53,303 nt of DNA, from IMG/VR virus record IMGVR_UViG_3300030104_000911, positions 1 through 53,303 of that record; one strand, given 5' to 3'. The notes beneath the pieces were generated by a model. The model was given only the letters and a program-made list of their open reading frames with translations. It was not told the DNA's origin and did no database searches. The DNA comes from a virus. Taxonomy: Duplodnaviria > Caudoviricetes. This document shows, piece after piece, positions 27,001 through 37,067 of the stretch. The position numbers and the translations under genes are program-made. Every line of letters begins with the position of its first letter. Position 1 is the first letter of the stretch.

Positions 27001-30000
27001 CACTGGGCAAGTTGACCAAAAACCTGTTCAGGAATCAGAAGATAAAACGGGGGAAGATAACTTAGCAGATACTAGAACAGTAGCTGAGAGAGCTGCAGAT
27101 GAACGAGAAGCAGCAAAAAATAAATCTAAAGATTTAAATGTAGCTGCAGCTGAGTTTTTAAAATCAAAAGGCAAAGCAAGTAAGACTGATAAAAAAATAG
27201 TAAGAAAAGCAAACTTAAAAAAACAAGCAGATGATGCAGAGGTTGCAGAACGTAGACGAAAACGTGTAGAAGTATCAGGTATAAAATTCTGGAATGATAA
27301 TAGAAGTGCTATACCAGGAGCTTCTGCTATAGAATATCAAGGCTTTACAGAACCAACACGTAATAAAATTGACGAGCTAGCTAAAGATTCACAAAAAGCT
27401 GGTGTGTTAGAAGAGTTAAAAACAGTTTGGTTAGAAGGTTTTAACGCTATGATTGGAAGCGATGTAATGAATATTCAAGACTATGTTCAACTTCAAATTG
27501 ATACAATTAGAGAATCTAACGTAGCATTTGAAAGAGAAGCTGCTTACGAAGAAATACTAAATTATACTAGCTCTAATTGGATGGGGCCTTTTGCAGGACA
27601 AAATAAAAAAGCTCTTAATTTAGCAGAAGGATTTTTAAAAGAAGTTACTTTAGATAAAGATTATATTAACGACTTAGAAATTTTAGATGCCTTAGTAATA
27701 CGGAAAGCTTCAGTGCTTACAGATGCACAAATTAATAATATTAAATCTCCAGATGTAGAAAAAAGAACTTGGTATATATATGCAGAAGCACGAGGTTTAT
27801 TACCAACAATAGATAAAAGAAGAGTTAGCAAAACAGGTGGTAAGCTAGAACCATTTATGGAAACATCACCTAGTGAGTTAGATGCACCTAGCGACCCAGT
27901 GTTAAGCGATGAGCAAAAAGCTCAAGCACAAGAAGCAGATGTAGCTATAGTAGAAAAACTTATTATGGATTTATTAGCTGGTGTTGGCCCTAAAATTTAT
28001 AACAGACAAACTTTGCACTACGAAACAATAAATAAAAGATACGCAAAACTTAATGATGAGCAAAAAAGTACAATGATTAATGGTACTAGATTAAGATTTT
28101 ACTTTGATAAAAAAACTAACAAGTTAAAACTAGAAGAAAAACGTGTAGGTAATGAAGTTACTTATATACCTACTACAAAAACTGACGCTTTCAGACAAGC
28201 AAAACTTGAAAAGAAATTACCTGTTGCACAAAAAGAAGGTAAGAAAGAAGCTAGATTAAAAAGAAAAACAGATGCTGCAGAAGAAGCAAGATTAGCAGAA
28301 GAACAAGCACAACGAGATGCTGCAACAGAGGAAGATGTAATAGATTTAGAAAACGATTATAATCCATACGAAGATGATTTCGGTGACGATGGTAGTTACT
28401 TTAGATTTGATGGAACAGTAGCAAACCCCTTACCTAAAGGTAAAGTAAAACTTATTGCTAACCAAGCTGTTAGACAACTAAAAATAAAACCTAAAGTTAC
28501 TGTTGTTAGTAACTATGCAGATTTAGAAGCTAACTACCCTAAATTATATGAAAGAGCTAGAGCAGGTAGAGAACAATATGGAGATGATTTTGGTACAGTA
28601 AACGCTGTAGGTTATTCTATAGGTGATGAAGTAATTATATTTTCAGATTTTGTTAGAACTGAGCAACAACTAAAGTTTGTTATAGCTCACGAAACTATAG
28701 GACACTTTGGTTTAAAATCTTTAATATCTCAAAAACAATTTAATACCGTTATGCAAAAAGTATACGATACTGATAGCCATATTAGAGCTGTTGCAGACCT
28801 TAACATAGAAAATGGTATGGAAAAATTTGAAGCTATTGAGGAAGCATTAGCCGACGCAGCAGCCTATTTAGATAATAGTACTATTAGTAGAGTAATAAAT
28901 GCAATAAAAGTTTTCTTAAATAAATATTTAGGTACTAACTTTGATGCTATAGCTGATGGTAGTAGATACCTTATAAATCAATCTAGGAGATATTTACGTA
29001 CAGGAGATGTAGGTAATTATGTATCACTACAACAACTTCTTAAAAATATAAAACAACTAGAACAAGACAAAGTTTTTGGTCGTTATAATGCTGAAACATA
29101 TAACGACGGACAGCTTGATATGCTTAACAAAACACATGCACTTAATTTACAAACAGGTAAGTACGGTGGTTTTGCTGGAGCCCAACAATGGATAAAAGAA
29201 GTTTTTAGTAATAAATCTTTAGCTACAAAAATTAGAGACTTTAAAACTTTTGTAGACAGAAAAATAGAAGGCCTCCAATCGTTAAATAATTTAGCAAATA
29301 AAAATGAAGGGTCTCAAGTAGGATATAATGTATTGCAACAAATTCAAGCACAAGTCAGAGCCTATGTAGGTAAATATGCAGAAATGACTCCGATGACATT
29401 TAAACCTAATACTTTAGTACCGTTTGGTGATAACAAAGTAGAACCTGATACTGTAGAGATAGAAGACGAAGAAGGTAATATGGTAACAGTAGATAACGAT
29501 GCAGGACTAACTCCATTAGAAAGACAACGAGTTGGTGAATTAAAAGCGTTTGCTGCGTTACATTTAAGAAATAAATTTTCAGAATCTAAAATAGCTGAAC
29601 TTGGTTTAGATGAATTAATTATTACAAAAGATAAAAATGGTAAAACTCTAACTGAATTTGTATACAACGAAGAAGCTTTTCAAAAAATAAAAGAAGCAGC
29701 AAAACTAACAAAAGAAGATTTTGAAAAAGGATTTACAATACCAACTGCTCTTGATAAAGATGGTAAAGCACTAGAAGAACAAGGTGGATATACATATAGA
29801 GCTAGCACACCAGAAGAAACAGGTGAAGCTCCAGGGCAGTTTGAACCTTTTATTATTTCAGACAGAATATTTAAAGCTTACGAAGAAGCAACAGAAGTTA
29901 TGGCTGAGGGTTCTAAGGATGTGCTTGAAGCAAATATAAGAGGTGTTTTAGCACAAAGAGATGACGTTTTAAGTTCAATAAAAGATTTATCTAGCGAAGA

Positions 30001-33000
30001 TTTTCAAGGCAATCACATGCTTGCTATAGAAAATATTATAAAAAAATATAAAGAATTATATTTTGAAAACCATACTGTTGATAAAAGAGGTGAAATTAAA
30101 ACTGATAAAGAATCTGTGGCTATGGCGGATGAATTTTTAGCAAGAGCTCAACGTGCTATGTTTGAAGAAAAAAAATTACAAGACTGGATAAACCAAGACG
30201 CTACAGAAGTAGGCGTATATGAACGTGAAAATGCATCAGAAGAATTTGCAGATATAGTATCTGGGTTAGAAGATTTAAACCAGCTTTTAAATGGTAAAGA
30301 GTCTAAAGCATATGATATAAAAGATGATGTTTCAGCTTTAATAGCTTTAGATTTAGAAAATATGCAAACTGCTAAAACTACTAAAGCTTCTATACTAGGT
30401 GGGTATGTACCATTTACTAGACGAGGTGATACACAAGTAACAATACGAGCATATGCACTTGATGAAAATGGAGATATAAATGAACGGGTTCAACTAGATG
30501 ATAGCATAAAAGATAGTTTACCATATTATCAAACAAACGGCGTACAAGCCGCAGAAAGTATTAGAGATAAAATTAATGATATATTTAATCCAGCTCAAGA
30601 AGGTAAAGAAGATAGAAAATATGTACCTCGTAAAGTAAAAGACGCTAGTGGTGAAATGGTAGAGGTAGCACTTGTACCAGAAGTATCAGGTATTCAAGAA
30701 GGACAACCGTTTCAAAATGAAATGGATATATATTTATTTACTAGAAAAATAAGACAACTTGGGTTTCCAGAACCTAATCCTAAACAACGAGAAAATATAT
30801 TTAAAGAACTTAGCAGACAAGGAGATAGAGCTAGAAAAAGTTTAGAACGTTCAGGTAATCCAGGATGGGATGCAGATGTTTTAAAAAATATTGCTGAACA
30901 TTTAGAAATACAAGCTCATTTAGTAGGTAGAAATTACCATAGATATAAAATTGATAGCCTTATGGATAGTAGAAGAGGACAAAAATTATGGTTTGGTAAC
31001 AAGAAAAAACTTGATAGATTACATAAAGAATTAAAAGCTGCAGAAGCAGGAGATAATCAATTTGCTAAAGAAGAAGCCCGAAGAAAGTACGACCGCTACG
31101 CAAATCAGTATAGATATAGTGCTGGTTCTTTAGACCCTAGGATTCAAGGTGGCACAGTAACTGTATATAGAAACAAAGGTGTACTTGGTCGTGGAGAAAG
31201 AGAAGCTGTAGAAATGCCATTGCAAGCAAGAGGGAACGATTACAAAACAAGGTTTAGAAGTTTAATAGATTTTTATGCAAGAAATCCTAATGTATCCGAA
31301 TCAACTGAGGATTATATATCTAGGTCTAAAGCAGGACAATTCTTTAAACTGTTAACTGTTACTTCTCAATTAGGTTTATCTCCAGCTACTGGGTTTGTAA
31401 ACTCATTAGCCATGGAAACACATTCAGTAAATTATTTAGCAGGTTACAATCCAGAAAGTGGATATGGTGGAGGCTTTGGATTTATGAAATCACAAAAAGC
31501 AATGTATAAAGCCTTTACTCAAATGAATGATATTTACGGAACTCTAAGAAATCAATTTACTACTGAAGAACAATACGATGGAAGGAACGTAGACTTAGCT
31601 GGATTAAAATATGTAGAACAAATGGCTGGTGTTGATAAAGATGGAAACTTATTAACAAACAAAAAAGACCAAGAGCGTGCTCAAAGAATACGAGATAAAC
31701 ATGGGTTATCAGAAGATGAAGCTCGTGTTATATACGAAACTACAAAAGCAGGAGTATTACAAGCTTCCCAATATAATGCATTAATTGGTACAGCTCGAGG
31801 TGGTTTAGGTAATGTTAAGCTAGCAGAAGTGGTAAGAAAGTGGATGTCTATATTCTCATACACAGAACAACTAAACAGAAGAACTACTTTCTTAGCAAGT
31901 TATAGACTACAAAAAGAAAAACTTATGAGGGCAAAAAATGAAGAAACTGCTAGTGCAGAAACTATAGCAGAAGCATCAGCTTGGGCTCGTGACGCAGTCA
32001 ATACATCTCAAGGTGAGTACTCTATGTTTAACAGACCTGAAATATCTAGAGGAGCTATTACTAATTACTTAATGGTGTATAAACAGTTTATGATTATCTC
32101 TACTGAGTTAATGAGTAATATGCCAAGAAGTCAGAAGATAGCATTCTTAGCTATGCTGTGGCTTTTCTCAGGATTAAAAGGATGGCCTTTTGCTGAAGAC
32201 ATTGCAGATGTACTTGATACGTTAATTCAAAAATCAGGTATTAAAATGGGAACTATAGAAAAAGAAGCTAATGATTTCTTTGAAGAGTTATTACCTGGGT
32301 CAGCTAAGATTATTATGCGGGGCCCTCTAGATAATATAACAGGTGCTACCATGTCAACTCGTTTAGGTATGGGTGATATGTTACCATTATCAGGTATAGG
32401 TAAAGCAGGTGCTGATAATTGGAGAGAAACTGCAAATTTCTTAGGCCCTGTTTGGTCAACTCTTGAGTCAACGTGGGCTACAATGAGTAATGTAGCTTTA
32501 GCTACTGGAAGTTTAATAGGTTTAAATGATAGACAAATAGGTCTTGGAACAATCCTTAGAGAGCAACCTTTTGGTGGTGTTAGAGGCATATCAGAAAGTA
32601 TAATTTTTGCAATGGATGGGAACATAACAAACAGACAAGGCAAAGTTATATCTCGAGATGTTGGTATAGCAGACATAGCGTTTAGGTTTCTTAACTTCTA
32701 TCCAGCTAAAGCTAATTATCAAAACGATATAATACGTATGCACAAACAAACAGCTGATTATGCTAAAGCGTTAAAGATGGAATTTACTAGTGATTATGTT
32801 AAAGCAAGGATAAGAGGTGACAGAGATACAATGAGAGAAGTCGCACGAGATGTAGCTAGACATAATAAAAAACATAAAGGCACAGCTCTTGAATTTAGAG
32901 ATTGGAAAAAATCTGCTGATAGAGCGTATGATTCATGGAGTCTACCAGCTGCTGAACGATACAGAAAGTTTGCACCAAAAACCATACGACCTGATTTAAA

Positions 33001-33040
33001 ACGTATAATGGATGCGTACGGCGTAGAGCAAGATATGTAA
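24077..33040 (+). CDS. Giant internal virion/polyvalent protein with zincin-like motif
   Basis: 2987 aa; Gly/Ala TM-like helices and EGATEVAQE near the N-terminus; IAHETIGHFGL; FSYTEQLNRRTTF...SQGEYS..NRP C-terminal module. Confidence 0.8.
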   Translation: MVLKVGLDLPSNNTIARNLPSTESIAKGIESTPSLSELQLNNQALLANIQPTPETPDVLDSPQVFYSPSTRKMFVNGLMFDDDDAKTALQSVNQIKATPVKPSLDVATDWTRVSPQDYGSYIKGIKNPQAGRLFSENIDIGASNLKQLFGRASQAFGAEEFGQSLVDEATKELEKNEPFQREFANIKGGYIRDGDAEESHDAIDWFVANFGQQIPNLLESVVVALAGAAIGGVAGGPFGAIGGAITSLASRQSYKQAVIKAANKYQKDRKSLTAGERKLLREVSSLTAVAKLKTPRIFTVDSKGVAKKTFAKPDLDEAIKKGLPDAAAKVAARGKRQAQIGGALGATTLSSYVIGVGDIYGEQRETGQDNRLTAFLSAIPYAAFETLPEFVLGLRLFGVNPNKISKTLIDDGIKGKLKRGAARATKGFGVGAALEGATEVAQESLILTNTGQFNSRDPQIQKRLLNAFAAGAFVGGPIGGVANLFNRPSSDILNKNNQRTEPNDPLEFVDQQPSRKDRLDATRDERNELLRQQMKLPASAFTQTTEEINVLEKELNKKPAKDFPVAVLPEGTQLDLPGIETEAAAQTNKEINALKKLINKNKNKGDQLELDVGAPPIVETTTTDNKKTNKEINELKKQLDKKEKDLTDPVVADPVVTAPASGYAAGQTIQYYETDGSINTAEIKAVSETGATLKVVKKGKKKEELLSVENIEANPKDVNFILRSPGANIQGKKANELNLEETKNALTKLRDIYKEVINSKQKITGDLQRDITALRNRLEILKAEQKAEVNSDVLEEAIKTFTIFMSAPGVNLTTQEQQDLREGTIKLIQENNLDTIKKFNAFIRSDKFPRADDIRELDKTNKFIKDNNVDVNSEQFISEAQEVFGDMGPVLSRQFAAEQIIQQRNEQEGGTQDADTEQEATEVVTGKQARGSRTTTTGDNQETAIDTTKQDKLKKPVGKKTTGKKKLQAKKTEDATGQVDQKPVQESEDKTGEDNLADTRTVAERAADEREAAKNKSKDLNVAAAEFLKSKGKASKTDKKIVRKANLKKQADDAEVAERRRKRVEVSGIKFWNDNRSAIPGASAIEYQGFTEPTRNKIDELAKDSQKAGVLEELKTVWLEGFNAMIGSDVMNIQDYVQLQIDTIRESNVAFEREAAYEEILNYTSSNWMGPFAGQNKKALNLAEGFLKEVTLDKDYINDLEILDALVIRKASVLTDAQINNIKSPDVEKRTWYIYAEARGLLPTIDKRRVSKTGGKLEPFMETSPSELDAPSDPVLSDEQKAQAQEADVAIVEKLIMDLLAGVGPKIYNRQTLHYETINKRYAKLNDEQKSTMINGTRLRFYFDKKTNKLKLEEKRVGNEVTYIPTTKTDAFRQAKLEKKLPVAQKEGKKEARLKRKTDAAEEARLAEEQAQRDAATEEDVIDLENDYNPYEDDFGDDGSYFRFDGTVANPLPKGKVKLIANQAVRQLKIKPKVTVVSNYADLEANYPKLYERARAGREQYGDDFGTVNAVGYSIGDEVIIFSDFVRTEQQLKFVIAHETIGHFGLKSLISQKQFNTVMQKVYDTDSHIRAVADLNIENGMEKFEAIEEALADAAAYLDNSTISRVINAIKVFLNKYLGTNFDAIADGSRYLINQSRRYLRTGDVGNYVSLQQLLKNIKQLEQDKVFGRYNAETYNDGQLDMLNKTHALNLQTGKYGGFAGAQQWIKEVFSNKSLATKIRDFKTFVDRKIEGLQSLNNLANKNEGSQVGYNVLQQIQAQVRAYVGKYAEMTPMTFKPNTLVPFGDNKVEPDTVEIEDEEGNMVTVDNDAGLTPLERQRVGELKAFAALHLRNKFSESKIAELGLDELIITKDKNGKTLTEFVYNEEAFQKIKEAAKLTKEDFEKGFTIPTALDKDGKALEEQGGYTYRASTPEETGEAPGQFEPFIISDRIFKAYEEATEVMAEGSKDVLEANIRGVLAQRDDVLSSIKDLSSEDFQGNHMLAIENIIKKYKELYFENHTVDKRGEIKTDKESVAMADEFLARAQRAMFEEKKLQDWINQDATEVGVYERENASEEFADIVSGLEDLNQLLNGKESKAYDIKDDVSALIALDLENMQTAKTTKASILGGYVPFTRRGDTQVTIRAYALDENGDINERVQLDDSIKDSLPYYQTNGVQAAESIRDKINDIFNPAQEGKEDRKYVPRKVKDASGEMVEVALVPEVSGIQEGQPFQNEMDIYLFTRKIRQLGFPEPNPKQRENIFKELSRQGDRARKSLERSGNPGWDADVLKNIAEHLEIQAHLVGRNYHRYKIDSLMDSRRGQKLWFGNKKKLDRLHKELKAAEAGDNQFAKEEARRKYDRYANQYRYSAGSLDPRIQGGTVTVYRNKGVLGRGEREAVEMPLQARGNDYKTRFRSLIDFYARNPNVSESTEDYISRSKAGQFFKLLTVTSQLGLSPATGFVNSLAMETHSVNYLAGYNPESGYGGGFGFMKSQKAMYKAFTQMNDIYGTLRNQFTTEEQYDGRNVDLAGLKYVEQMAGVDKDGNLLTNKKDQERAQRIRDKHGLSEDEARVIYETTKAGVLQASQYNALIGTARGGLGNVKLAEVVRKWMSIFSYTEQLNRRTTFLASYRLQKEKLMRAKNEETASAETIAEASAWARDAVNTSQGEYSMFNRPEISRGAITNYLMVYKQFMIISTELMSNMPRSQKIAFLAMLWLFSGLKGWPFAEDIADVLDTLIQKSGIKMGTIEKEANDFFEELLPGSAKIIMRGPLDNITGATMSTRLGMGDMLPLSGIGKAGADNWRETANFLGPVWSTLESTWATMSNVALATGSLIGLNDRQIGLGTILREQPFGGVRGISESIIFAMDGNITNRQGKVISRDVGIADIAFRFLNFYPAKANYQNDIIRMHKQTADYAKALKMEFTSDYVKARIRGDRDTMREVARDVARHNKKHKGTALEFRDWKKSADRAYDSWSLPAAERYRKFAPKTIRPDLKRIMDAYGVEQDM
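26814..27065 (+). CDS. Candidate overprinted 83-aa basic protein (MPIRSKKQLKWLQANKPEVA...), +1 frame inside the giant gene
   Basis: AAGGAGGT at 26799-26806, 7 nt before ATG; N-terminus resembles small phage MPxxSxKQ...ANxPE proteins (from memory). Confidence 0.65.
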   Translation: MPIRSKKQLKWLQANKPEVAEQLLQETTKKQLLTLPNKISLKSLSEKRQRERRNYKLRKLKTPLGKLTKNLFRNQKIKRGKIT

Positions 33041-33046
33041 AGTTTT

Positions 33047-33073
33047 AGGGGGTACCTAGGGTATAGCCCCCCT
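33047..33073. terminator. Hairpin at the convergence of the two genome arms
   Basis: AGGGGG...CCCCCT between convergent stops 33040 and 33098. Confidence 0.45.
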
Positions 33074-33097
33074 CTAGAAACAGCCTTCTCGAGCCTC

Positions 33098-35959
33098 TCA
33101 GACCCCTTCTTTTTTGTCAATTACCTGTAATTTTCCATATGATAGGTCATCTGCCTCCATATCGGCGTTTTCTAGTAGGCTCTGAAATCTAGGGTGGGTA
33201 AGATTAAATCCAATAACATAAGTCTGTGCTAACTTCACAGGAGTATCTTTACCAAGTGATGCTTTCTCTGACTTAGGAGTAGCAACCACATTCTCATCAA
33301 CGAGTTCTTGTTTGAATGTCTTGTAGTCAGCACCACGCACGGACAACCACTTTCTAAAATGAGTTCTGTCTACCATCATAGTCCCTTTATCAAATGGCTC
33401 TAACGCAGACTTGCGATATACATCTAGTCTTATTCTTATATCTCCTCTTGGTATTCTAGAGAAATCAGGTAATGACTTCTGACCTATGGTATGCATAACA
33501 GTAACAGATGTATCAGCTGAATCAGCCATATACTCTGCGACTAAATCGAATGCGTCTACTTGATTCTCTTGTACTGACCTACGGATAGCTCCTATCTGTG
33601 CAAGTACCCATTCAGTAGACTGCTCGTACTCAAAGTTTATCAGCCCCCACTCTTTAGCTAGGCTCATAGATAGGTCAGCAAGTATAATAGATTGCTCCCA
33701 GTATCTTTCTTCCCCACTAAACTTGGCTTTATATTTTTTATGAAAGTTATCTGTAGCCTCTGCTATAGCAGATTGGATTCCCTGTTCCCCCATCTCAAGT
33801 AGCTTTTTAATAAATACTTTACCAGCTTCACCATAATTAGAATGGATTGCGTCGTAAATCTTTTTACCTACATTAGTATTTCTAGTAAATACAGGCGTTG
33901 ATGGGACTGTCACTTCTAATAGCCTAGCCATTTGTGCGTCTGTGTCCAGACCAGATGCAATTAGCTTACTTTGTAACGACTTGTTGGTGGATACTATAAC
34001 AGGTGTAGCCCATGTCTTAGCGTCACGCTCTTCTGAGTTTCTATTAAGTCTTGCTTTATCACGTCCCTGTGATACCCAGTAACAAAAATCTCCGACTTCT
34101 TTATCGTTCATCATGGTTACTTCGTCTATGGTTAGCGGCAAGTTAGCGTATGTACCAAGACGTGAGAACAAGCTGTTCTGTGTGTACTTAGCTGCAAAGT
34201 GTAGCTTATCAGGGTTACCATATATAGATTGAGCCCAGTATTGAGATAGCGTTTTACCACCACCCGTTGGCCCATACAGTGATACTGTCAGTCCTTTAAG
34301 TCCAGTAAAGTTATATAGGGGTGCTGAAAATCCTACACCTAGTACAAACATATGTGATTTAAGATTAGCTTTCTCTAGTACAGATGTAAGATTAACCCAT
34401 TGTTGTAATGAGCCTTTAGTACTAAACATATCTGTACTACTCTTAGATACAACCGAGGCTAGATTAATCTTCTCCTCTGTAACTGACCCGTCGTCTTTAC
34501 GTCTAAGTATAGTGTTACCTAAAACAAATGATTGGTTACGTTCTTTCCAACCCATAGTAGAATACAGGTTTGTCATTGTACGAATCTGTCTCAATTCATC
34601 CATGTAAGTTCTTAGCATAAGTTGAAAATACTCCGTTTGCTTTTTATTGTACAATACAATCCCTTGGTCTGCTATAGCACTAGGAAACTCACGGTTTCCA
34701 TCAGTGAGATGAGCTTGCCTTAGTACAAGTTCTTGCCACCCCATATGAGGTCTATTCCAATGATACCTTACAGTTTCGTACCCTAAAGATTCATCATGTC
34801 CATATGCTACAGGGTATATATCAAACTTACATACATCTATATCTGTATCATCTATGGTTACTTTTATACCCTCTTTAGTTCTTTTAAATGGTTTAGGCAT
34901 AGGTATTGAATTAGCTATCTTATCAGGAGCTTCTTTATCTACTGGGGCTTCTTGATATTGCACACCTAATCTAGCAGGAGACCCTATCTTACCCTTATAC
35001 TTACAGCCTTTACATCCACTAGGTCTATTTGTTTCAAATTTTAAACACGTAGTAGGGCCTGAAGCAGACTCTCTCCACTGCACAAGTTTATTTATAGTAG
35101 CTTCTTTACTATATCTAGAATGCCCCTTAGACCACTGTATTGCCGTTTTTTCGGGGCTAACGCAGAACGCCGCTACTCCTATCATGCTATACCACAACGG
35201 CTCGTCTACTTCATTTTGATGGGCTACAGCCCATTCTATTTGTTTGCACTTACTAGAAACAACAGAGCCTATAGATGGTTGGTGCTCTTGGTTACTAGCT
35301 AGATTACCTAACAATGAGTTGTCTTGTAATGAGCTATCTTCTCCACGCATGTTTTTGCGATAGTAATATGATAGGCATTCTTGTATCACTGAGTTGTCAG
35401 TAGGTTTTGACGCTACTAAAACTTTAACTTCATTACCATTCTTAGGATTATGTGTGCCTATAGGCCTTAAAACTAAAGCACTGTTTGCTGTAAGCCCAGC
35501 GTCTATCTTAAATTCTTTGTCAATACAAGCTTGTTTCATAGCCTCTGCTAGTGGCTTCCACTTTTCAGGCTCCAATTCTTTTGTCAATACCCAGTAAACA
35601 TGTAGCCCATTACCTGAATGCACTATCATAGGTTTGGGTAAACCCATGTCTTTTACAAATTTACCTAATGCAATAAGACCTTCCTTCCAAGATGGATAGG
35701 GTTTATTTGACCCACAATCTACATCTATGGCTATAACTTTAGTAGCTCGTACGTTATCTTGTTTTCTATTTCCTTTCTGTTTAAATGCTGATATAGCAAA
35801 GTATGTATTATTATTGGTTTTATCCAACCTCTCACACACCGTTGCCAGCTCGTCTACCGTTTTAAAAAACCCTTGTTTTCTACCATCAGTATTAATAACT
35901 GTGGTGACATAGAATCCTTCTGTCGGTAGAACTTGCTGGAAAAATTCCAACATATTCAT
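33098..35959 (-). CDS. Primase-helicase (AEP/RepB-like primase, Cys cluster, DUF927-type helicase)
   Basis: IDVDC and SGNGLHVYW primase motifs; C...CLKF...GCKGC; Walker A GPTGGGKT; LTIDEVT. Confidence 0.85.
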   Translation of the reverse strand: MNMLEFFQQVLPTEGFYVTTVINTDGRKQGFFKTVDELATVCERLDKTNNNTYFAISAFKQKGNRKQDNVRATKVIAIDVDCGSNKPYPSWKEGLIALGKFVKDMGLPKPMIVHSGNGLHVYWVLTKELEPEKWKPLAEAMKQACIDKEFKIDAGLTANSALVLRPIGTHNPKNGNEVKVLVASKPTDNSVIQECLSYYYRKNMRGEDSSLQDNSLLGNLASNQEHQPSIGSVVSSKCKQIEWAVAHQNEVDEPLWYSMIGVAAFCVSPEKTAIQWSKGHSRYSKEATINKLVQWRESASGPTTCLKFETNRPSGCKGCKYKGKIGSPARLGVQYQEAPVDKEAPDKIANSIPMPKPFKRTKEGIKVTIDDTDIDVCKFDIYPVAYGHDESLGYETVRYHWNRPHMGWQELVLRQAHLTDGNREFPSAIADQGIVLYNKKQTEYFQLMLRTYMDELRQIRTMTNLYSTMGWKERNQSFVLGNTILRRKDDGSVTEEKINLASVVSKSSTDMFSTKGSLQQWVNLTSVLEKANLKSHMFVLGVGFSAPLYNFTGLKGLTVSLYGPTGGGKTLSQYWAQSIYGNPDKLHFAAKYTQNSLFSRLGTYANLPLTIDEVTMMNDKEVGDFCYWVSQGRDKARLNRNSEERDAKTWATPVIVSTNKSLQSKLIASGLDTDAQMARLLEVTVPSTPVFTRNTNVGKKIYDAIHSNYGEAGKVFIKKLLEMGEQGIQSAIAEATDNFHKKYKAKFSGEERYWEQSIILADLSMSLAKEWGLINFEYEQSTEWVLAQIGAIRRSVQENQVDAFDLVAEYMADSADTSVTVMHTIGQKSLPDFSRIPRGDIRIRLDVYRKSALEPFDKGTMMVDRTHFRKWLSVRGADYKTFKQELVDENVVATPKSEKASLGKDTPVKLAQTYVIGFNLTHPRFQSLLENADMEADDLSYGKLQVIDKKEGV

Positions 35960-36043
35960 TTGATTACCTTTCTTGTTATATGGGAGTAGCTGGAAAAACT
36001 GAAATCTACTAAAGCAAAAACCAACTACCCCTTTTTTAATATA

Positions 36044-36328
36044 CTATTTCTTTTTCTCTAAAACCTCAAGAAGCTCTTTGAATCTATCTTTCTGTTCTAG
36101 TGCGATAATGTTAGGCTGAGGCCACCCATTCTCCATAACTTTTAACAAATTTCTTAGAGTACTTATAACTCTATCGTGATTTTTTTTACGGACAGGCTTT
36201 CCTTTTATCCATCCGTAATATGTCATGCGAGATATAGTAAACAACTCAGCCATATTACTGGTCGTAAGTAACATATGCTTTCTTAGAGCTTCAACTTTTT
36301 TAAAGTCTAATGGAGCTCTGTTAGTCAT
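36044..36328 (-). CDS. HTH DNA-binding protein
   Basis: MAELFTISRMTYYGWIKG helix-turn-helix; ATG 36328 has SD GGAG. Confidence 0.7.
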   Translation of the reverse strand: MTNRAPLDFKKVEALRKHMLLTTSNMAELFTISRMTYYGWIKGKPVRKKNHDRVISTLRNLLKVMENGWPQPNIIALEQKDRFKELLEVLEKKK

Positions 36329-37067
36329 CAGTATCTCCAATTAAATTAGCTATCTCATCTGCTAAATTACTGCTGTCTGTAGCAACTGCAACTGGTGCAG
36401 GCTCTTCAACAGGAGCTGGTTTAGCTTTAGGTTTAGCTTTAGCTTTTGGTTTAGCTTTAACAGGTGCAGGTGCAACTTCTGCATCTTCAGCAGGGACGTT
36501 AACATTTATGTCAACTTCTTGTGATGTGTTTGTACTTTCGTCAGAAAAAGTAAAGCCATCTTCTTTTTCAAACCCAAAACTATCAGCCCCGCTTCCGCCT
36601 TGAACATACTCAATAAGTTGCACAGCTTTAAGTCTTATAGTTACACCACAACCTATAGCAGAACTATAGAATGCAAGTTCACCACCTACTTTAATTACTG
36701 AGCCACCCCATATGTTGTGGTCAAATACTTCATTGTTATCACAATCAAATACTTGAGGCTTATATTTAGATTTAAACTTTACAATAATGTTGCCTGTCTC
36801 TACTGAATTACCATCATCATCTTTTACTGTTTCTTTTAGATAAGGTAGTGGAGCTTGTTTAAGTTTTTTATTAGGGTTGTTTTCTTTTTCAGCTTTAATA
36901 CCAGCTAGTAATACAGCATTGATTTGTTCTATTATAGGTTTAGCGTCTTCTGGAGATAAAGATAAATTAACTTTATACTTACCATCAGAATATTCTCTAC
37001 CTTCATCAGGTTTACTAATGTGAGGGTAGTTAGCTACACCTTTGGGTGTTGTTATTTTTGTAGTCAT
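36321..37067 (-). CDS. ssb: T7 gp2.5-like ssDNA-binding protein with extended Pro/Ala/Lys and acidic tail
   Basis: TTPKGVANYPHISKPD...GKYKVNL; IWGGSVIKV...GVTIRLKAVQLIE. Confidence 0.8.
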   Translation of the reverse strand: MTTKITTPKGVANYPHISKPDEGREYSDGKYKVNLSLSPEDAKPIIEQINAVLLAGIKAEKENNPNKKLKQAPLPYLKETVKDDDGNSVETGNIIVKFKSKYKPQVFDCDNNEVFDHNIWGGSVIKVGGELAFYSSAIGCGVTIRLKAVQLIEYVQGGSGADSFGFEKEDGFTFSDESTNTSQEVDINVNVPAEDAEVAPAPVKAKPKAKAKPKAKPAPVEEPAPVAVATDSSNLADEIANLIGDTDD

